Both the position numbers and the translations under genes were made by a program. From NCBI RefSeq assembly GCF_002113885.1, contig NW_018408916.1, positions 62,001 through 126,000 on the forward strand: a stretch of 64,000 nt of DNA, given 5' to 3'. The notes under the pieces were generated by a model. It was not told where the DNA came from, ran no database searches, and saw nothing but the letters and a program-made list of their open reading frames with translations. This DNA is from Mizuhopecten yessoensis (lineage: Eukaryota). Shown here piece by piece: positions 60,301 to 64,000 of this stretch (positions within the stretch are counted from its first letter, which is position 1; every line of letters starts with the position of its first letter).

Positions 60301-61568
60301 AAGCACTAAGCCTACAGTGTCCAATAAGCACTAAGTCAGTGTACAATAAGCACTAAGGAAGTGTCCAATAAGCACTAAGGCAGTGTCCAATAAACACTAA
60401 GGCAGTGTCCAATAAGGACTAAGTCAGTGTCCAATAAGCACTAAGGCAGTGTACAATAAGAACTAAGGCAGTGTACAATAAGCACTAAGGCAGTTTCCAA
60501 TAAGCACTAAGGCAGTGTCCAATAAACACTAAGTCAGTGTCCAATAAGCACTAAGTCAGTGTCCAATAAGCACTAAGGCAGTGTACAATAAGAACTAAGG
60601 CAGTGTACAATAAGCACTAAGGCAGTGTCCAATAAGCAATAAGGCAGTGTCCAATAAGCACTAAGGCAGTGTCCAATAAACACTAAGGCAGTGTCCAATA
60701 AGGACTAAGTCAGTGTCCAATAAGCACTAAGGCAGTGTCCAATAAACACTAAGGCAGTGTCCAATAAGGACTAAGTCAGTGTCCAATAAGCACTAAGGCA
60801 GTGTACAATAAGCACGAAGGCAGTGTCCAATAAGCACTAAGGCAGTGTCCAATAAACACTAAGGCAGTGTCCACTAAGCACTAAGTCAGTGTCCAATAAG
60901 CACTAAGGCAGTGTACAATAAGCACGAAGGCAGTGTCCAATAAGCACTAAGGCAGTGTCCAATAAACACTAAGCCAGTGTCCAATAAGCACTAAGTCAGT
61001 GTCCAATAAGCACTAAGGCAGTGTCCAATAAACACTAAGGCAGTGTCCACTAAGCACTAAGTCAGTGTCCAATAAGCACTAAGGCAGTGTCCAATAACCA
61101 CTAAGGCAGTGTCCAATAAGCACTAAGTCAGTGTACAATAAGCACTAAGTCAGTGTACAATAAGCACTAAGGAAGTGTCCAATAAGCACTAAGGCAGTGT
61201 CCAATAAGCACTAAGGCAGTGTCCAATAACCACTAAGGCAGTGTCCAATAAGCACTAAGTCAGTGTACAATAAGCACTAAGTCAGTGTACAATAACCACT
61301 AAGGCAGTGTACAATAAGCACTAAGGCAGTTTCCAATAAGCACTAAGGCAGTGTCCAATAAACACTAAGGCAGTGTCCACTAAGCACTAAGTCAGTGTCC
61401 AATAAGCACTAAGGCAGTGTCCAATAAACACTAAGCCAGTGTCCAATAAGCACTAAGTCAGTGTCCAATAAGCACTAAGGCAGTGTCCAATAACCACTAA
61501 GGCAGTGTCCAATAAACACTAAGGCAGTGTCCAATAAGCACTAAGGCAGTGTCCAATAAGCACTAAGC
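60301..61568. repeat. 22-bp satellite, about 57 copies
   Basis: Unit TAAGCACTAAGGCAGTGTCCAA (period 22, e.g. 60481 and 60503) with a few recurrent variants. Confidence 0.95.
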
Positions 61569-61984
61569 TGGAAATGACATAAAAAGCTGCATAGTAATTA
61601 ATTCATTTACGATATATTTACCGGCAGAGTGTTTACTTTTTTGGTGGTTTCATTATTCATTTCTTTTATAGAATTAACTCACTAACTACCATTATTATCG
61701 AATTATAGATCATCAGTAGGTCACTGAACGGCAAATTGTAATCTCTTCAGTGGTCGAGGAGATCCTATATTAATTATTGTGGGTTATTTTCAACCATACT
61801 GAGTCCCAGTGCTGATAATATGATACTGTATTTATTCTTTTTATGTAATAATTTACGGAATTACATCTGAGCTATATGGTTCAAACGTCAAGGTAACTGC
61901 CATCTTCTGGTACTAAAGAATGAGTTTTCTACCATGAGGATACCCAAAATGCACAGGTACATGTGAATGTGCTACAGCTATAAA

Positions 61985-62180
61985 CTAAGGTGTTCAGAGT
62001 AACTTTACATGTCTCAGAGGTTTAGATCGACTTTCGGTAAAAAAAAATCAACCCCAATGATCATATACAACACAGACTTAGCAATCCCTTGATACGAGCT
62101 TATATAATCCTTGAGGTTTCATTTCTACCGAAAGTCGACCTTAACCCCTAAAACATGTAAACTACTCTGAAAACCTTAGT
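61985..62180. mobile_element. Degenerate palindromic MITE
   Basis: ACTAAGGTGTTCAGAGTAACTTTACATGT..TCGACTTTCGGTA pairs with TACCGAAAGTCGAC..ACATGTAAACTACTCTGAAAACCTTAGT. Confidence 0.65.
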
Positions 62181-63555
62181 CTAGGTCCAAATATAGCTGT
62201 AACAAAATCCTCAACTTCAAGTCCCTGTGCCTAAATTGAGCTATTTTTTATACCAATTTACAAGTATGTACAGTATATGAACCTCATTTGATATTGAGTC
62301 GAATCTGTGGGTATCCGAAGATCGTATTTCGTTATTAGCAGCGTTAGTTATTGTGGTGGCCTTATGCTGATACCCCTACTCTATATTCAGTGTCAAAAAA
62401 GAGAGGTTGAGATCAAGGTCATATCCTTGGGGTACAAAAATATCACCCATGGCCATCGTACGCTACTGTACACTGCTACCATAGATCGTTCCAAACCAAT
62501 ATATCATAAATTCCACCACGGAATTAGTTATCTAAGTCCGTGATTCAACTAACCTGTGGATTTTGGTAAAATAAGTGAAATGGGCATCTGTCATTGGAAT
62601 GAAAATAGTAAAAGTAATCAAAGGAATGCATCCTTAACCTAATATTTTCCCGGATTTTATTGTTTTTAATTTTAGTTTTTCCCATTCGGAACATCTCTTG
62701 TGTTTTGATCCCAGCATATTACGATGCAGTGTCAGTTTTGGAACAATTTGAACATTCTGTTGCTCTGAAGGAAAGTTTCCAAAGGTTTGTTTTCCGTAAT
62801 AATCGTTTTGTTGTATTATATTGCTTTCAAATAGTTCGAAATAACACAGACACATCAGCAAGGGAAAGGCTATTCAACGGCCAGAGACGTATATAACATT
62901 ATATACGTCTCTGAGTTGGCCTTCCATTTCGCAGAAAAGTTTGTGGTGTCGATACTGTGAACAAGTCCAGGAACACACATCTGGATCATCATCTGGCCTG
63001 TGAGTTGACCAATGTATTCACTTGAATCGCATCGTACAGGAACATAAGAATTAAAAACAGCCATGAGGTCTAATCGTTGACGATTCTCTATACTCAGCTG
63101 GGCTAAAGGGAAATTCCCTACTGTACAGCTGACGCTTGTAAGGCAACCTAATCAATGCACTTATTTTACACTATTTTTTCAATCACCAACCCAGGTTCTT
63201 TGACTCCCTGCCAAGGGTTCTCCTTCCTTGAATGGCGAGGGTCAACGGCACCAGTTTGTAGTAGGACGAGGAATACATGTACGTAAGTGATAAATAAAGT
63301 GCTGTCACTGGGGCTCGAAACCGCGACCAATGTAAATTCCCTACAGCTGTCGCTTTTAAGGCAACTTATCAATGGAGTTCTTTTATCACAGAATTTCAAA
63401 CACCTATGCTTTTATATAACGTTACATTCAAATGGAATTTTCCTGATAATGATATTCAAATGGTTAAAAAGTTTGACACAATGTAATTTAAGATTCTTTA
63501 TATTGCAGTAGAACTAGAGCAGGTCAGGATGAAGACAGTGTTTTGGATCAATGGA

Positions 63556-63625
63556 TTGGTCTTGAGTTGAGTGTCCCAGGGAATGATTGGTCTTGAGTTG
63601 AGTGTCCCAGGGAATGATTGGTCGG
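63556..63625. repeat. Short tandem duplication of about 31 bp
   Basis: ATTGGTCTTGAGTTGAGTGTCCCAGGGAATG x2 plus a partial copy. Confidence 0.7.
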
Positions 63626-64000
63626 AATTGTACCAGAATTAACATGTCTTGCCGGAAGTGTTCATGTGGGGTGGGTCTGTTTATCCGTACATGTCACACA
63701 TTGATTTGTCTGGCCGTGCCCTCAACTCTGCTGTTCAAGAAAACAGGTACTTATTTCTGCACATGTCTGACACAATTTTAAATTTCTACCGACAGTACTG
63801 GTGTATTATGATATTTGGTCAACACATGTAGCTACCTGGGGTGAAATTCTACATGTATTAATATAAGTTACCTCAAATAATTGACCTTGACAATCATTTA
63901 TCAGTCCATCACTACAGTACTAGTACTTGAACCTTTATAAAGTCTGGAAGTTCATAGTTGTATTTGACATTTCAATTCAAAGAAAAGACCATGATGGCAT

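Noticed and set aside
60301-61568. 22-bp array as a CRISPR or coding repeat
   Set aside because: No spacers, and frequent stop codons; it is a plain satellite.
62870-63399. Minus-strand ORFs of 64 and 77 aa near the window end
   Set aside because: No recognisable domain or convincing splice junctions. They are flanked by a short direct repeat (about 63111 and 63334), which suggests repeat debris.

Overview
AT-rich, intron-rich animal DNA. The SINE, HINE and MITE types suggest a bivalve mollusc (inference). I reconstructed five spliced genes by hand. (1) The 3' end of an NR5A/FTZ-F1 nuclear receptor (+, to 1960). (2, 3) A head-to-head pair of paralogous 9-exon PhyH-family Fe(II)/2-oxoglutarate dioxygenases (A: -, 9793-22662; B: +, 26051-35255). 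(4) A 295-aa multi-pass membrane protein built from an internal two-fold repeat (+, 41206-46762). (5) A PHYHD1 orthologue (-, 51184-59179). There is also a possible small two-exon orphan gene. The most unusual structure is a 35-bp minisatellite in both dioxygenase paralogues whose unit is the exon-8/intron-8 junction itself, so each unit carries a copy of the 5' splice donor (about 110 copies in A, about 20 in B). A probable gene-conversion tract lies next to it. The rest of the window holds a CR1-like LINE fragment, tRNA-derived SINEs, Helentron/HINE-like elements, several MITEs with readable TSDs and a 22-bp satellite. All gene models come from manual reading, not from transcript data.
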